A stretch of DNA of 64,000 nucleotides from Nitrosopumilus sp. (GTDB lineage Archaea; Thermoproteota; Nitrososphaeria; Nitrososphaerales; Nitrosopumilaceae): contig OZ240211.1 of NCBI GenBank assembly GCA_965197525.1, positions 1,664,001 through 1,728,000 of the forward strand, read 5' to 3'. This document shows, piece by piece, positions 63,294 to 64,000 of the stretch. The notes beneath the pieces were generated by a model. It did not search any database, was not told the origin of the DNA, and was given only the letters and a program-made list of their open reading frames with translations. Every line of letters begins with the position of its first letter. The stretch's first letter is position 1. The translations under genes and the position numbers were made by a program.

Positions 63294-64000
63294 TATGTTA
63301 TCTGCTCCTGTATCATTGCAACGGGCATGATCTTTTTGTCATATGCCAAAGAAAGTATTTCTTTTGATGCTTCTTCAATAGAATCAAACACCAAGTGTTG
63401 CGCACCGTTGATATTTTGTAGTTTGATTGAATCTGAGATATCACATGCGTTTGATAGCAAATCCAAAAGGTCATTTTCATTTATCTTAAAGATGTTGCCT
63501 ATACTGCCTGCCTCCGTTGCCAATCTGCTAAGAGACACATTCTTGGACTTTATGTCAGAACGAGCTATAAAATCAAGGCATGCAAAGGCTGTAATCAGTG
63601 GAGATACTCCATATTTTTTGCCAAATACAAACCTCATAGTATCTCGTGAACTCTGTTTTATCATGTGGAGCTGTCTTAACGGGCAGTCAAGATAATCTTC
63701 CATGGTAAGTTTGTTCTGCCTAGTAGTGTATGTATGTACAAATACATCAATATCTTTTTTTATGGATTTTGCATGTGCAATAACGCAAGTGCCATCTGCA
63801 TGCCGGGCTTGGCTAGCTCAAAACTGCACGCTGTCGTGGATTGTTTGTGTTTTCCATTCGGCAATGTTTGTAATGCGAGTAGTAATTGACTCGGTCACAT
63901 CCTCAATCTTTACGTTTGTTGCATGAAAATCATTCATTATCATCCACCATACCGGAACTTTACATGGTGGTGCAAAAAGTAGCCAGTGTAATAACCATAA
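63293..64000 (-). pseudogene. DUF4007 (SspB-like) gene, 5' part outside window, in-frame TGA at 63818-63820
   Basis: Frame from 64000 reads LWLLHWLL...PVWW..MNDF...WKT-[insert with TGA]-KSIKKDIDVF...DCPL. Confidence 0.75.

Larger units (their letters stand above)
36556..64000. mobile_element. Defence-rich genomic island integrated at tRNA-Val (right end outside window; no integrase seen)
   Basis: tRNA 3' end repeated at 49579; accessory, defence and IS content; AT-rich segments. Confidence 0.8.

Noticed and set aside
63818-63820. Selenocysteine recoding of the in-frame TGA in sspB
   Set aside because: The codon lies in an apparent insertion rather than at a conserved Cys, and Sec machinery is not expected in this lineage
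63770-63830. tRNA-like fragment within the sspB insert (GCTAGCCAAGCCCGGCA...TGGC)
   Set aside because: Only a D-arm-like string; no proper anticodon arm, T-arm or acceptor stem
1-64000. CRISPR array or cas genes
   Set aside because: No regularly spaced direct repeats with unique spacers and no Cas motifs found

Overview
Genome segment of an ammonia-oxidising archaeon (Nitrosopumilaceae-like, judged from gene content and the split CoxB / CoxA / cupredoxin / CtaA oxidase operon). Intact core genes (pdxT, valS, queD-like, purB, rtcB, rps11, cox operon, ilvE, aspartate kinase, tRNA-Arg, -Lys and -Val) alternate with accessory blocks. (1) 0.6-3.0 kb: a Panacea/YwgA-like, PIN and TGT-like TIM-barrel module. 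(2) 23.2-30.0 kb: a decayed island after tRNA-Lys with a GNAT toxin/antitoxin relic, IS630 remnants and a ClpP-like SDH protease. (3) 36.6 kb to the window end: a large defence island at tRNA-Val. It contains two related left ends (about 1.6 kb duplicated, each with an HNH nuclease), IS3, an AbiJ-like HEPN gene, a DprA-PRTase (ShosTA-like) pair, RNase J-like, Schlafen and PLD genes, and an SspBCD-like phosphorothioation module with a GHKL ATPase and a helicase. The most unusual feature is a translationally coupled operon of NINE small paralogous HTH/winged-helix genes ending in a PD-(D/E)xK-like gene (44215-47646). One of the nine is too short for the ORF track. Many accessory genes carry stops or frameshifts while core genes do not, which suggests real decay rather than sequencing noise. 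All family assignments come from motif recognition by eye; no database search was run.
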